Origin: an uncultured Synergistia bacterium
GTDB taxonomy: Bacteria > Vulcanimicrobiota > SpSt-956 > JAKJGF01
Direction of reading: 5' to 3'
Assembly (NCBI GenBank): GCA_964431735.1
Contig: CAYSLJ010000014.1
Coordinates: forward strand, 108 to 64,107
Length of the DNA: 64,000 bases
Position 1 is the stretch's first letter. The number at the start of each line of letters is the position of its first letter. Shown here piece by piece: positions 10,402 to 19,822 of this stretch. The translations under genes and the position numbers were made by a program. A model generated the notes under the pieces. The model was not told where the DNA came from. It searched no databases and saw only the letters and a program-made list of their open reading frames with translations.

Positions 10402-10486
10402 CTGACCCGGGCATAAGCATATAATAAAATCACTCCTCCTGTCACGCGTCACGAGATCCTATATGTGTTATTTATGCTCACACCGG
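10402..10486. mobile_element. Family A MITE (diverged) in the 5' leader of the aminomutase gene
   Basis: TA-CTGACCCGGGCATAAGCAT...GTCACGCGTCACGAG...TTATGCTCACACCGG-TA. Confidence 0.75.
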
Positions 10487-10619
10487 TAATATTATGACGT
10501 ACGAAATTAAACTGTTTTACATCACATTTACAATTATATCAAAAATAAGACGAATTAGCATTTTTGTAAGAAGTTCTGGAAAAGTACTTTGAAGAGCGCG
10601 GAAAATTTATTTCGATAGA

Positions 10620-10672
10620 AATCGTTTCTGTAGATACAATTGTATTATACACTTTTGCCGAATATCTGTCAA
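10620..10672 (-). promoter_or_regulatory. Sigma70-type promoter of the aminomutase operon with operator-like site
   Basis: Minus strand TTGACA(10672-10667)-17 nt-TATAAT(10649-10644). AATCGTTTC-N4-GATACAATT resembles the palindrome at 1511-1532. Confidence 0.75.
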
Positions 10673-10873
10673 CTTATTCACTTACCATAATTTCTTTGAT
10701 ATAATGATAACAAATAATTTTACAGTATAGGAATTTTTATTTTTTTAAAGATTAATGGTTCCAGGTGCCTGGTTAAGAAAACACAAAACTTAATTTATAA
10801 AAAAACGGAAGATTTTAACCTGATCAACTATAGCTTATATTCAGGTCAGTAAATCAGCAAGGAGATACATATT

Positions 10874-11512
10874 ATGGATTGTAACAAAATAAACATACTA
10901 TTACTTGAAGATCCTCCCGGAGATATAGGCAATCTAATTACAGAACTTCTTAATAAAGAAAAAGGTGCAACATTTATACTTAAATGTGTCAATAATTTTG
11001 ATGAAATCGTAAAGGTTATAAGTGAAGAAGAAATCAGCCTGATTTTTCTTGATATTCCTCTTTCATCTTCTCTTATACATGATATTTTTAACCTTTTATA
11101 TAATGAAGCTTTTGAAATACCTGTAATTATTTTAAGTGATATTTATGACGAGAATATTGCGACTCTTGCTCTCAGTAAAGGAATACAGGATTATTTAATC
11201 AAACAGGAACTTAATTACAGGATTCTATCCCGTTCCATGCGATATGCTCTGGAACGTAATAAGATTCGTATTCAGCTGAGGGATACAGTAGAAGAATTGA
11301 ATAAGGCCATAGAAAATATAAAAACCCTGAGCGGTTTACTTCCAATGTGTGCACACTGTAAGAAAATACGTGATGATGAAGGTTACTGGCAGCATGTTGA
11401 GAAATATTTAAGTGAACGATCTGATATGGAATTTTCCCATGGTATCTGTCCGACGTGCATGAAAATGTTATATCCTGAATTTTCCGATACTATTGTAAAG
11501 GAGAGAAAATGA
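10874..11512 (+). CDS. Response regulator receiver protein with C-terminal Cys-rich (putative Zn-binding) domain
   Basis: REC motifs LLLED, LIFLD, QDYLIK; tail GLLPMCAHCKKIRDDEGYW..FSHGICPTC. Confidence 0.85.
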   Translation: MDCNKINILLLEDPPGDIGNLITELLNKEKGATFILKCVNNFDEIVKVISEEEISLIFLDIPLSSSLIHDIFNLLYNEAFEIPVIILSDIYDENIATLALSKGIQDYLIKQELNYRILSRSMRYALERNKIRIQLRDTVEELNKAIENIKTLSGLLPMCAHCKKIRDDEGYWQHVEKYLSERSDMEFSHGICPTCMKMLYPEFSDTIVKERK

Positions 11513-12633
11513 ATAGATTGACAGAATTATTTTCAAAATTAAATAATTTTTTATGTTATAAATTTATGGGTATTGACCTGTGCCGTATAGGTCTGGCAGC
11601 AGTAGTTTTTATATTGTTACTGTCATTGAGAGGAGTCATAAGAAACTGCACTGTTAAAATTCTCAGAGAATTAACATCGAAAGTGAGTTTTTCTTTCGAC
11701 GAAAATATTGTTAGAGAATTGAAAGCGCCTTTTGATTTGCTGTTTACTTTTCTATCTCTGTGGCTGAGTTTTTATATACTCGGTGTGGAAAGTTTTATTT
11801 TTGTAAACAATCTGGAACGTATAATTTTGATTTTTATAATTACATGGGCTTTATACAGGGTATTGAATATTACAGCATCTCTTCTGAGGAATATAAATGA
11901 ACAGAGAGAGAAAAAACTGGATAATTATATAATAGTATTTGCGGAAAATACTGTTAAAACCCTTGTATTACTGGTCGGAACCATTATGTGTATTCAGGAA
12001 CTGGGCTATGATGTAACAGGTATTGTGGCAGGTCTCGGTATAGGAGGTCTTGCCTTTGCCCTTGCAGGTAAGGATTTCGTTGCAAATATATTCGGTTTTA
12101 TTACTATATTTATGGATAAACCTTTTACGGTAGGTGATTACATAGTAACACCTGATGTTGAGGGAACTGTAGAAGATATATGGTTAAGATGTACAAAAAT
12201 CAGAGCCGCCGATCAGTCTCTTGTAACCATTCCCAATTCCGTTCTTGCTGCAAAAACTATTACAAACAAATCTTTAATGAAAAAAAAGGTTATGACTTTT
12301 AAACTCGGCCTTTTATGTTCTTCCGGACCTTCTCAGATTAATGAACTTTGCATAAAGCTCAGAGAAATGCTTGACCATCATGAAGGAATAAACAGTGAAA
12401 CAATTCATGTTTATTTCACAGAATTCGGAGAGAGTTCTTTCAATATTTTTCTCTATTGTTTTACAAACACTATTTTATGGAATGAATATCTTGAGATTCA
12501 GCATGATGTAAATCTTAAAATTATGAATATTCTGGATGAGCTTTCTCTTGAACTGGCCTATCCTTCAAGAAGTATATATATAGAAAAAAAATCTCTTGAG
12601 GATAAAGAATTATATAAAACAGGTGAAGAATAA
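11509..12633 (+). CDS. MscS-family mechanosensitive channel
   Basis: AGLGIGGLAFALAGKD, DKPFTVGDYI, GTVEDI, VTIPNS, FGESS. Confidence 0.92.
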   Translation: MNRLTELFSKLNNFLCYKFMGIDLCRIGLAAVVFILLLSLRGVIRNCTVKILRELTSKVSFSFDENIVRELKAPFDLLFTFLSLWLSFYILGVESFIFVNNLERIILIFIITWALYRVLNITASLLRNINEQREKKLDNYIIVFAENTVKTLVLLVGTIMCIQELGYDVTGIVAGLGIGGLAFALAGKDFVANIFGFITIFMDKPFTVGDYIVTPDVEGTVEDIWLRCTKIRAADQSLVTIPNSVLAAKTITNKSLMKKKVMTFKLGLLCSSGPSQINELCIKLREMLDHHEGINSETIHVYFTEFGESSFNIFLYCFTNTILWNEYLEIQHDVNLKIMNILDELSLELAYPSRSIYIEKKSLEDKELYKTGEE

Positions 12634-12645
12634 AAGGATATTTTT

Positions 12646-14412
12646 ATGAAACTTTCTCTGAAGAACATATTATGTTTATTATTATTTCTGGCAATACTAT
12701 CTTTCGGAGAACAGATAGATAAAATTTTAGCTATAACACCTGTCCCTTCCGAAAGCCCTTCTATAACACCTGTCCCTTCCGAAAGCCCTTCTGTAACACC
12801 TGTCCCTTCCGAAAGCCCTTCTGTAACGGAAGTTCCTTCAGTTAAGAACATTTCTGTAAATTCTGATTTTAATAAGGCACCTGTTATTTTTTATGAAGAA
12901 GAACTTTTTTTTATAAATAATCCTCTTGGAAATTTTTCCCCTGAAGAAAGAGCCCGTATTGTAACAGACAGATTAAAAAAAATTTCAGAAGATCCATCAT
13001 TTAATCCTGAAGAAATCAAAGTAGAAATAAGAAACAGTCAACCATGTATTATATATAAAAATATTATTATAATGACTGTGAGGAATGAAGATGGAATTTC
13101 TTCAGGTTTGGATGGAATTCAGATTGCAGAACAATATGCTGAAAAAATCAGAAATACAGTAACAGATTACAGGAATGCAAGAAGTGTTAAAACTATTATA
13201 CTGGGTATTATTTTTTCTTTAATTACTACATTGATCTTTATATTTACTTTTAAAATATTGAATAAATTTTTAAGTTATATATATAAAAAGATCGATCTAT
13301 GGGAAGGTACACGTATTTCTGATCTGAAGTTTCAAAACCTTGTTCTTCTCTCTGGAGCTAGAATTATAGAAATCATAATATTTATTGTAAAATTATCTAT
13401 TTTATTTGCAAAGTTTATAATTTTTTATATATATCTTTCTCTGATTTTCAGCTTTTTCGTATGGACAAGGCATTTAGGTTCCCATCTATTAGGTTATATC
13501 TTTTCATGGCTCAATGTAATATGGGGTTCTATATTATCCTATATCCCCCATTTATTTTTTATTTTCTTCGCTGCAGTAGTTACATATTATATAATAAAAT
13601 TCGTCAGATTCATATTTATAGAATTAGAAAAAGGTACTATTGAATTTCCCGGCTTTTACAGGGATTGGGCAAAACCTACCTATATGATTGTCCGTTTTCT
13701 TATTATAGCCCTTGCTGTTATTATAGTATTCCCCTATCTTCCCGGTTATGATTCTCCTGCATTCAAAAGTATTTCTATCTTCCTGGGCGTTCTTTTTTCT
13801 CTTGGTTCCACTGCTTTTGTATCCAATATAGTAGCAGGTATTATATTAATATACATGAATGCTTTCAGGATAGGAGACAGGGTGAAAATAGGTGATGTAG
13901 CTGGAGATATAGTAGAAAAAACCCTGCTTGTAACACGTATTCGTACAACAAAAAATGTTGATATTACTATGCCAAATGCTATGATACTGGGAAATTATAT
14001 TACAAATTACAGTGCCTGCAGTAAAGAAAAAGGATTAATACTCCATACTACTGTTACAATTGGTTATGATGTTCCCTGGAAAGATGTTCATAGATTATTG
14101 ATAGATGCTGCTCTTGCTTCGGAAGGCATTTTAAAAGAACCATTACCTTTTATATTGCAGACTTCTCTTGATGATTTTTATGTAAGTTATGAGCTAAATG
14201 CTTATACTGATAAGCCAAATGCTATGGCGAGAATTTATTCTGAAATACACCGTAATATTCAGGATAAATTTAATGAAGGAGGAGTGGAAATCATGTCACC
14301 TCATTACAGAGCTTTAAGAGACGGAAACCAGACTACTATTCCTTCGAATTATCTTCAGGAAGATTACAGTTCACCTTCTTTTAAGATATGTCAGGAAGAG
14401 AAAAAGCCATAG
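12646..14412 (+). CDS. MscS-family mechanosensitive channel with large N-terminal extracytoplasmic region
   Basis: LGVLFSLGS, FRIGDRVKIGD, TTVTIGYDVPW, GVEIMSPHY; signal-like N-terminus. Confidence 0.92.
   Translation: MKLSLKNILCLLLFLAILSFGEQIDKILAITPVPSESPSITPVPSESPSVTPVPSESPSVTEVPSVKNISVNSDFNKAPVIFYEEELFFINNPLGNFSPEERARIVTDRLKKISEDPSFNPEEIKVEIRNSQPCIIYKNIIIMTVRNEDGISSGLDGIQIAEQYAEKIRNTVTDYRNARSVKTIILGIIFSLITTLIFIFTFKILNKFLSYIYKKIDLWEGTRISDLKFQNLVLLSGARIIEIIIFIVKLSILFAKFIIFYIYLSLIFSFFVWTRHLGSHLLGYIFSWLNVIWGSILSYIPHLFFIFFAAVVTYYIIKFVRFIFIELEKGTIEFPGFYRDWAKPTYMIVRFLIIALAVIIVFPYLPGYDSPAFKSISIFLGVLFSLGSTAFVSNIVAGIILIYMNAFRIGDRVKIGDVAGDIVEKTLLVTRIRTTKNVDITMPNAMILGNYITNYSACSKEKGLILHTTVTIGYDVPWKDVHRLLIDAALASEGILKEPLPFILQTSLDDFYVSYELNAYTDKPNAMARIYSEIHRNIQDKFNEGGVEIMSPHYRALRDGNQTTIPSNYLQEDYSSPSFKICQEEKKP
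12733..12828 (+). repeat. 30-bp intragenic tandem repeat (about 3 copies) encoding TPVPSESPS(I/V)
   Basis: TAACACCTGTCCCTTCCGAAAGCCCTTCT repeated near-identically three times. Confidence 0.9.
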
Positions 14413-14425
14413 ATGATTGAATATT

Positions 14426-14458
14426 TAAAAAGGTTGAATCAGGAATTCAACCTTTTTA
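14426..14458. terminator. Bidirectional intrinsic terminator
   Basis: TAAAAAGGTTGAAT-cagga-ATTCAACCTTTTTA between convergent genes. Confidence 0.8.
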
Positions 14459-14504
14459 TCGCTTTGCCGTTAACCTGTCCGAACGATATAACGTTCATTA
14501 AATA

Positions 14505-14963
14505 TCACCTTCTGGTTAATCTGTACATTAATTTTGTCAGACCTATTTTATCGCACATTTTATTTATGAAACTGCCCTGCTCTTTCATAATATTTTCCAG
14601 TCGTCCCTGTTTAAGCCATATGCCTGTACATTCTTCGCAGATCCATACCCCGGTGTTTATAAACTGTACTTCCTGCAGTCCCATGCCGCATTGAGGGCAT
14701 TTCATGTAGTGAAGTTGCTGGCGTCTCATTTTTTCTTCGTCTAACAGTCTGGTCTGTTTCTCACTTCTCTCTTCTTCAAGTTTTTTTCTCAGGTCTGCTA
14801 TGAGTTTTGCTTCATGTTTTGCAATGTAATCTTCCAGATTTTTATTTAAAATCTTCTGTTTCATTGCTCCGTACTGGGCAATCTCTTCAATGGCAGATAA
14901 TCTGCTGGTCAGACTCTGATTTTTGTTTTTCCCTGACTCAATATTAAGTTTTATCACATCCAT
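14505..14963 (-). CDS. Coiled-coil protein with zf-TFIIB-like zinc ribbon
   Basis: MKCPQCGMGL...ICEECTGIWLKQGRLE; GGAGGTG SD upstream. Confidence 0.75.
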   Translation of the reverse strand: MDVIKLNIESGKNKNQSLTSRLSAIEEIAQYGAMKQKILNKNLEDYIAKHEAKLIADLRKKLEEERSEKQTRLLDEEKMRRQQLHYMKCPQCGMGLQEVQFINTGVWICEECTGIWLKQGRLENIMKEQGSFINKMCDKIGLTKLMYRLTRR

Positions 14964-15308
14964 AATATGACACCTCCCTTCCGGATCTATTTTTTATGAA
15001 TAGACATAATTTTTTTAAAATAGACTTTTTCTGAGAGTATTCCATGCAGTTATATATATTGTTTATGGGAGAGATGTTTTTCTAAGCTTCAGTTAATATA
15101 GAAAAAATACTGGAAAGATTATCTACTTTTTAGTATTAAAAATACTGCTTCTTTAAATATTTTTATACTCTTCTATAAAGTAATATACTCTTTTTTATTA
15201 TAACATTATTTTATATAGTTTACAATATTTAAACCAAAATTGTTTACCTGTTTTATATCAAATATATCTACAATTATTGTAAGCGTTACAGCAGTCAGCT
15301 TTTACAGG

Positions 15309-15369
15309 TCCGGAAGAGTCCGGCCAGGGACAGGTTTTAGAAATGGGTATGAACTTATCTGGAGCGGTA
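15309..15369. mobile_element. Family C repeat, terminal fragment
   Basis: Near-identical to 113-173. Confidence 0.75.
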
Positions 15370-15373
15370 CTTA

Positions 15374-15483
15374 GGAGTTGTCAGGAAATAACTACATCAT
15401 ATTTACAATCGTGACGCGTAACGCGTGACGCGTGACGCGAGGACAATAACCATAATTTGCCGGAGTTATTTTTCTTGCAATCC
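15374..15483. mobile_element. Family D MITE with GTGACGC heptamer core
   Basis: Imperfect TIRs GGAGTTGTCAGGAAATAAC / GTTATTTTTCTTGCAATCC flanked by TTA on both sides; second copy at 27822-27908. Confidence 0.72.
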
Positions 15484-15607
15484 TTAGCTTTAAAATAAAA
15501 TCCCATTTAATATTATAGTGTTGGTACAGTAACGATTTTTATGTTATAATAATCAACAATAAAATTCTATTGGTATAAATAATACAGTAATAATAGTTAA
15601 AAAGGAG

Positions 15608-16108
15608 TTGATTATAATGATAGTTAAAGACTGTCTTAAAGATGTTATTACGGTAAAACCATCTACTACAATACTGGAACTGGCAAAACTTATTATTGAA
15701 AAAAGAATAGGAACCATTCCTGTAGTGGATGATACAGGGAACCTCATAGGAGTTGTAAGACTCACAGATGTTCTGAAGGTTTTTATGCCGAATTTTGTTT
15801 CTATTGTAGATAATATAGATTTTGTGGTGAAATTTGGCTCACTGGAAGACCTTCATTTTAAAGATATTCCTGAAAAAGCAGGACTTACAATGAAAGAAAT
15901 TATGGCAAAACCTCTTTTTGTAAGTGAAGAGTGTGGACTCCTGAGGGCTTTTTCCATTATGGATAAATATAATTTTCTTGATCTTCTTGTAGTAAATTCA
16001 GAAGGAAAACTTACCGGAATCGCATCAAGGGTTGATATTGCAGCAGCCTTTCTCAAGGCCTGTATGGATGAAAATACCTGTAATGGAGAAGGGAGCCAGG
16101 ATACATGA
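15608..16108 (+). CDS. CBS-pair domain protein (start may be 15617)
   Basis: IPVVDDTGNLIGVV and VVNSEGKLTGIASRVDI CBS motifs; overlaps the start of the next gene. Confidence 0.88.
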   Translation: MIIMIVKDCLKDVITVKPSTTILELAKLIIEKRIGTIPVVDDTGNLIGVVRLTDVLKVFMPNFVSIVDNIDFVVKFGSLEDLHFKDIPEKAGLTMKEIMAKPLFVSEECGLLRAFSIMDKYNFLDLLVVNSEGKLTGIASRVDIAAAFLKACMDENTCNGEGSQDT

Positions 16109-17424
16109 CATTAGAACAGATAGTAGCAGGAATTATTTTTATTATAACTTTTGCTCTTATATTATCAGAAAAGATTCACAGAACCATTGTTGCCATGGCA
16201 GGTGCTGTTGCAATGGTTATAGCAGGCCTTATAATGGGGTTTTATTCCCATCATAAAGCAATAGAATCCCTTAATTTTGACACACTGGGACTTCTTATGG
16301 GAATGATGATTTTAGTAGCACTCCTTCAGGAAACAGGTTTTTTTGAATATGTAGCTATTATTACAGCCAAACGTTCCCGTGGTAATCCCTGGTTCCTTCT
16401 TGTTTTTCTTGGAAGTGCCACAACGTTTATATCCATGTTCCTTGATAATGTAACTACTATTATTCTTATAGCGCCTGTAACTCTTTTGATTACTGAAATA
16501 TTAAGGATAAATCCCATACCTGTTTTATTTGGCGAAGCTGTTCTGGCAAATATAGGAGGTGTTGCCACACTTGTAGGTGATCCTCCGAATATAATTATAG
16601 GTTCTGTTGCAGGATTTACTTTCAATGATTTCCTCACTCATCTTGCACCTATAGCTATTATAGCCTGGATTTCTACTCTTTTTGCTTTAAAATTTATGTT
16701 TAAAAAAGAACTTTCAGAAAAAACCAGAAATCTGGAAGGTTTAATGAGTATGGATGAAAAAAAGGCTTTAAAAAATACAGGGAATGCAAAAAAAATATGT
16801 ATTGTTATGATTATTGTAATAATTACTTTTGCTTTCCAGGGAAAACTGGGAGTTACATCAGACTTCATTGCTCTTGCCGGTGCAGCTCTGGCTCTTTTGT
16901 TGATACGTCCCGATATGGAGAAAATAATAACCCATGTAGAATGGAATGTTTTAATATTTTTTGCTTCTCTCTTTATAGCAGTAGGTGGTCTGGAGGCATC
17001 AGGTATCATGGATGTAATATTCAATCAAAAATTAATACTTATTGCCAGAAGCCATGAAATGCTTTCAGATGTCATATTATTCTGGTCTGGAGGCCTGATC
17101 ACTGCTATTACAGGTAATATACCTTTTACTATCGCTATGGTTCCTGTTCTTAAAAAACTCGGCGTCACTTCTATGTGGTGGGCCCTGGCTCTGGGAGCAG
17201 GTATGGGAGCAAATATAACTCCTATAGGTTCAGCGGCAAATGTCATTATAATATCTATAAGTGAAAAAACTAAAACTCCTATTACCTTCAAATTCTGGAT
17301 AAAAAAAGGGATACCCATCATGCTTTTAACAGGTGCTATATCTACAGTTCTTTTTATATTATTTTACCTGGTGGGGTGGATGCAAACACCTGATCTTTCC
17401 AATATTCACCTGGATTCTATGTGA
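16105..17424 (+). CDS. ArsB/NhaD (ion transporter superfamily) permease
   Basis: SMFLDNVTT, ANIGGVATLVGDPPN, GANITPIGSAAN; about 12 TM segments. Confidence 0.88.
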   Translation: MTLEQIVAGIIFIITFALILSEKIHRTIVAMAGAVAMVIAGLIMGFYSHHKAIESLNFDTLGLLMGMMILVALLQETGFFEYVAIITAKRSRGNPWFLLVFLGSATTFISMFLDNVTTIILIAPVTLLITEILRINPIPVLFGEAVLANIGGVATLVGDPPNIIIGSVAGFTFNDFLTHLAPIAIIAWISTLFALKFMFKKELSEKTRNLEGLMSMDEKKALKNTGNAKKICIVMIIVIITFAFQGKLGVTSDFIALAGAALALLLIRPDMEKIITHVEWNVLIFFASLFIAVGGLEASGIMDVIFNQKLILIARSHEMLSDVILFWSGGLITAITGNIPFTIAMVPVLKKLGVTSMWWALALGAGMGANITPIGSAANVIIISISEKTKTPITFKFWIKKGIPIMLLTGAISTVLFILFYLVGWMQTPDLSNIHLDSM

Positions 17425-17489
17425 ATATCCTGAATATGGTATTCCAGGTTTTCTGAGTAATGTATTCGTAACTGTTTATGAATTATTTA

Positions 17490-17696
17490 GAGCCTATCGA
17501 AAAAGTAATATTGTTTCAAATCCTTTCCAATGCCAGGTTCTGGAGAAAAATATATACCGTATTAACAGCCAGTTGTAAATTAAATAGAGGCAAAATAGTA
17601 GATGTCTGTAAAAACAGATTTTCTTTCATGAGGATTATATATTTTTCGGAAGAGCCTGGCAGTGGAAAGCTATGGGGCGACTTTTCGGATAGGCTC
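17490..17696. mobile_element. Family B MITE (207 bp), IS5-like ends
   Basis: TIRs GAGCCTATCGAAAAAGT / ACTTTTCGGATAGGCTC with TTA on both flanks; homologue at 21784-22094. Confidence 0.8.
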
Positions 17697-17755
17697 TTAG
17701 TGCACTGCTATTTCATCCTGCAGAGATACCATTCCACCTGTAGCGGCTTGATTTA

Positions 17756-19105
17756 TTAAGGTCTGGAAATACTTTCTATATTTTTTTTTGCCTTTTCTGC
17801 CACAGGGCTTTCAGGAGAAAGCTCTATTACCCTCATATATGCTCCGTACGCTTTTTCTCCTTCACCTGCTGCCTGATATATAACACCGAGAACAAAGAAA
17901 CACGACGGGTCTTTTCCATTCAGTTCCGTAGCTTTTTTAGCACTTTCTACTGATCTGGCAACGTTTCCGTTTATATAGGATGCCCATGCAAGTTCCCTGT
18001 AATAATCACTGTTGTAAGGTGATAATTTTACAGATTTTTCATATTCAGCAACAGCTTCTTTTATTCTTTTACTTTCAAAAAGTGCTTCTGCTAGGAAATA
18101 ATGACTTTTTGCTTCAGAAGGTGATAATTTTACAGACTCTTTGAGAGAAGAAATGGCTTCTTCGTATTTTCCCGTATAATAATAACATAAACCAAGATTA
18201 TGATGAATTTTAGCATTTTCTGGTTTAAGCTTCCTGGCTTTTATATAAAAAGTTGATGCCTTTTCATATTCATTATTATCAAAAAAGGCATCTCCAAGAT
18301 CCAGATTATATATTATATTATCCGGTTCCAGGGAAGCAGCTTTATTGAATTCTTCTATTGCCTCTTTAATTTTTTCTGTTTTTATGTAACATTTTCCCAG
18401 TAAATTATGTGTCAGAGGGTCTCCGGGAGATAATTCTACAGATTTTTTAAAATTTGTTATGGCAGATTCATAATCTTCCATGTAGAAATTGCATACGCCA
18501 AGATTATGGTAATATATTGTATCAGGTTTTATGGCTACTATTTTATTATATACTTCTATTGATTTCTCGTAATATTTATTTTTATAGAGACAATCTGCCA
18601 GAGTAAGCAGAAATTTTATATCCTTTGGCTTTAATTTTACTGCTTCTTCATAGGCAGTGATTGCTTCTTTATACATGCTCCTTCTGCCATACATATCTCC
18701 CAGTGCTTTATGAGTTTCTGCTATAGATGGTGCCAGCCTTATAGACTGAATATAATTTTTTTCCGCTTTTTCGTAATCTTTCCGCTTTTCATAACAGATT
18801 GCCATGGCAAGGTAAACTATTCCATTGTTTGCATCTAATTTTAATATGTCATTATAAATCTTCAGTGCCCCTCTGTAATCTCCTTTACCTGACAGTTTTT
18901 TTGCCTTTTCCATCAATTCTTTTATACCAGGTTTTTTGGGTGTGGGAGTGGGTTTGGGTTCTTCTTTTTTCCCTTCTTCTGGTTTTTCTCCTCCATGAGA
19001 ACTGCTGGAAGCTACTTCCTGTTTTATATTACCGTACGTACCGGATGCGTTTACAGTGAAAGCTATTATAAGAAAAATTACCACTATAAGTTTATTTAAA
19101 TACAT
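17756..19105 (-). CDS. Secreted TPR-repeat protein
   Basis: Signal peptide, Pro/Lys-rich linker, about 10 TPR units. Confidence 0.88.
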   Translation of the reverse strand: MYLNKLIVVIFLIIAFTVNASGTYGNIKQEVASSSSHGGEKPEEGKKEEPKPTPTPKKPGIKELMEKAKKLSGKGDYRGALKIYNDILKLDANNGIVYLAMAICYEKRKDYEKAEKNYIQSIRLAPSIAETHKALGDMYGRRSMYKEAITAYEEAVKLKPKDIKFLLTLADCLYKNKYYEKSIEVYNKIVAIKPDTIYYHNLGVCNFYMEDYESAITNFKKSVELSPGDPLTHNLLGKCYIKTEKIKEAIEEFNKAASLEPDNIIYNLDLGDAFFDNNEYEKASTFYIKARKLKPENAKIHHNLGLCYYYTGKYEEAISSLKESVKLSPSEAKSHYFLAEALFESKRIKEAVAEYEKSVKLSPYNSDYYRELAWASYINGNVARSVESAKKATELNGKDPSCFFVLGVIYQAAGEGEKAYGAYMRVIELSPESPVAEKAKKNIESISRP

Positions 19106-19155
19106 ATTGCACCTGCCTTAAACCGGTAACTTGTAACGATACGTTACGATTTTAC

Positions 19156-19665
19156 TTACCATTTTTCTCTGTGGACTTTTGCTTCGTCATACTGGGTTCT
19201 TGGATCTATATTTTTTGCAGGATGTCCTACAGGAATAAGAGATAGTATCTGAATATGTTCCGGTATACCAAGAGTTTCTCTTACTGCTTTAACACGATCC
19301 GGTTTCGGATGGACTCCGAGCCATACGGAACCCAGGCCAAGACCTCTTGCACTGAGCAGTATATTCTGAGTGGCTGCACTGCAGTCCTGTGCCCAGTAAT
19401 CTGATTTTTCAGGATCTCCTGTGACTGCAATGGCAAGAGGGGCTTCTGCCAGCATTTTTCCGTAGGGATGAACTTCTGCTAGCCTGTTCAGAGTTTTTCT
19501 TTCCCTGACCACTACAAATGACCATGGCTGAACATTTCTGGCAGAAGGAGCGGCCATGGCTGATTTCAGAATAATCATAATGTCTTCTTCCGAAACAGGA
19601 TCGGCTGTGAAATTCCTTATACTTCTTCTGGATGTTATGAATTTTAAAACTTCTTCTTTTGTCAT
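19156..19665 (-). CDS. Nitroreductase family protein
   Basis: RRSIRNF, APSARNVQPW, QDCSAATQNILL, GLGSVW. Confidence 0.92.
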   Translation of the reverse strand: MTKEEVLKFITSRRSIRNFTADPVSEEDIMIILKSAMAAPSARNVQPWSFVVVRERKTLNRLAEVHPYGKMLAEAPLAIAVTGDPEKSDYWAQDCSAATQNILLSARGLGLGSVWLGVHPKPDRVKAVRETLGIPEHIQILSLIPVGHPAKNIDPRTQYDEAKVHREKW

Positions 19666-19689
19666 TTTAATTTCCTCCTTATTTAATGG

Positions 19690-19821
19690 TCGTGACGCGT
19701 AACGTGTAACGCGTGACGGGAGGAAGACCTTTATTAAATGCTTATGCTCAGGTCAGCAATTTACTCATTTATCTGTAATGCATAAGGTTTTTTATACGCG
19801 TCACACGTCATGCGTCACGAT
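19690..19821. repeat. Partial family A MITE plus an inverted heptamer block
   Basis: TCGTGACGCGTAACGTGTAACGCGTGACGGGAGG...CTTATGCTCAGGTCAG, then ACGCGTCACACGTCATGCGTCACGA. Confidence 0.7.
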
Positions 19822-19822
19822 T

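Noticed and set aside
14413-14694. 93-aa plus-strand ORF
   Set aside because: It spans a terminator and is antisense to the better supported zinc-ribbon gene.
17478-17759. 93-aa ORF
   Set aside because: It lies almost wholly within the family B MITE and has no transposase motif.
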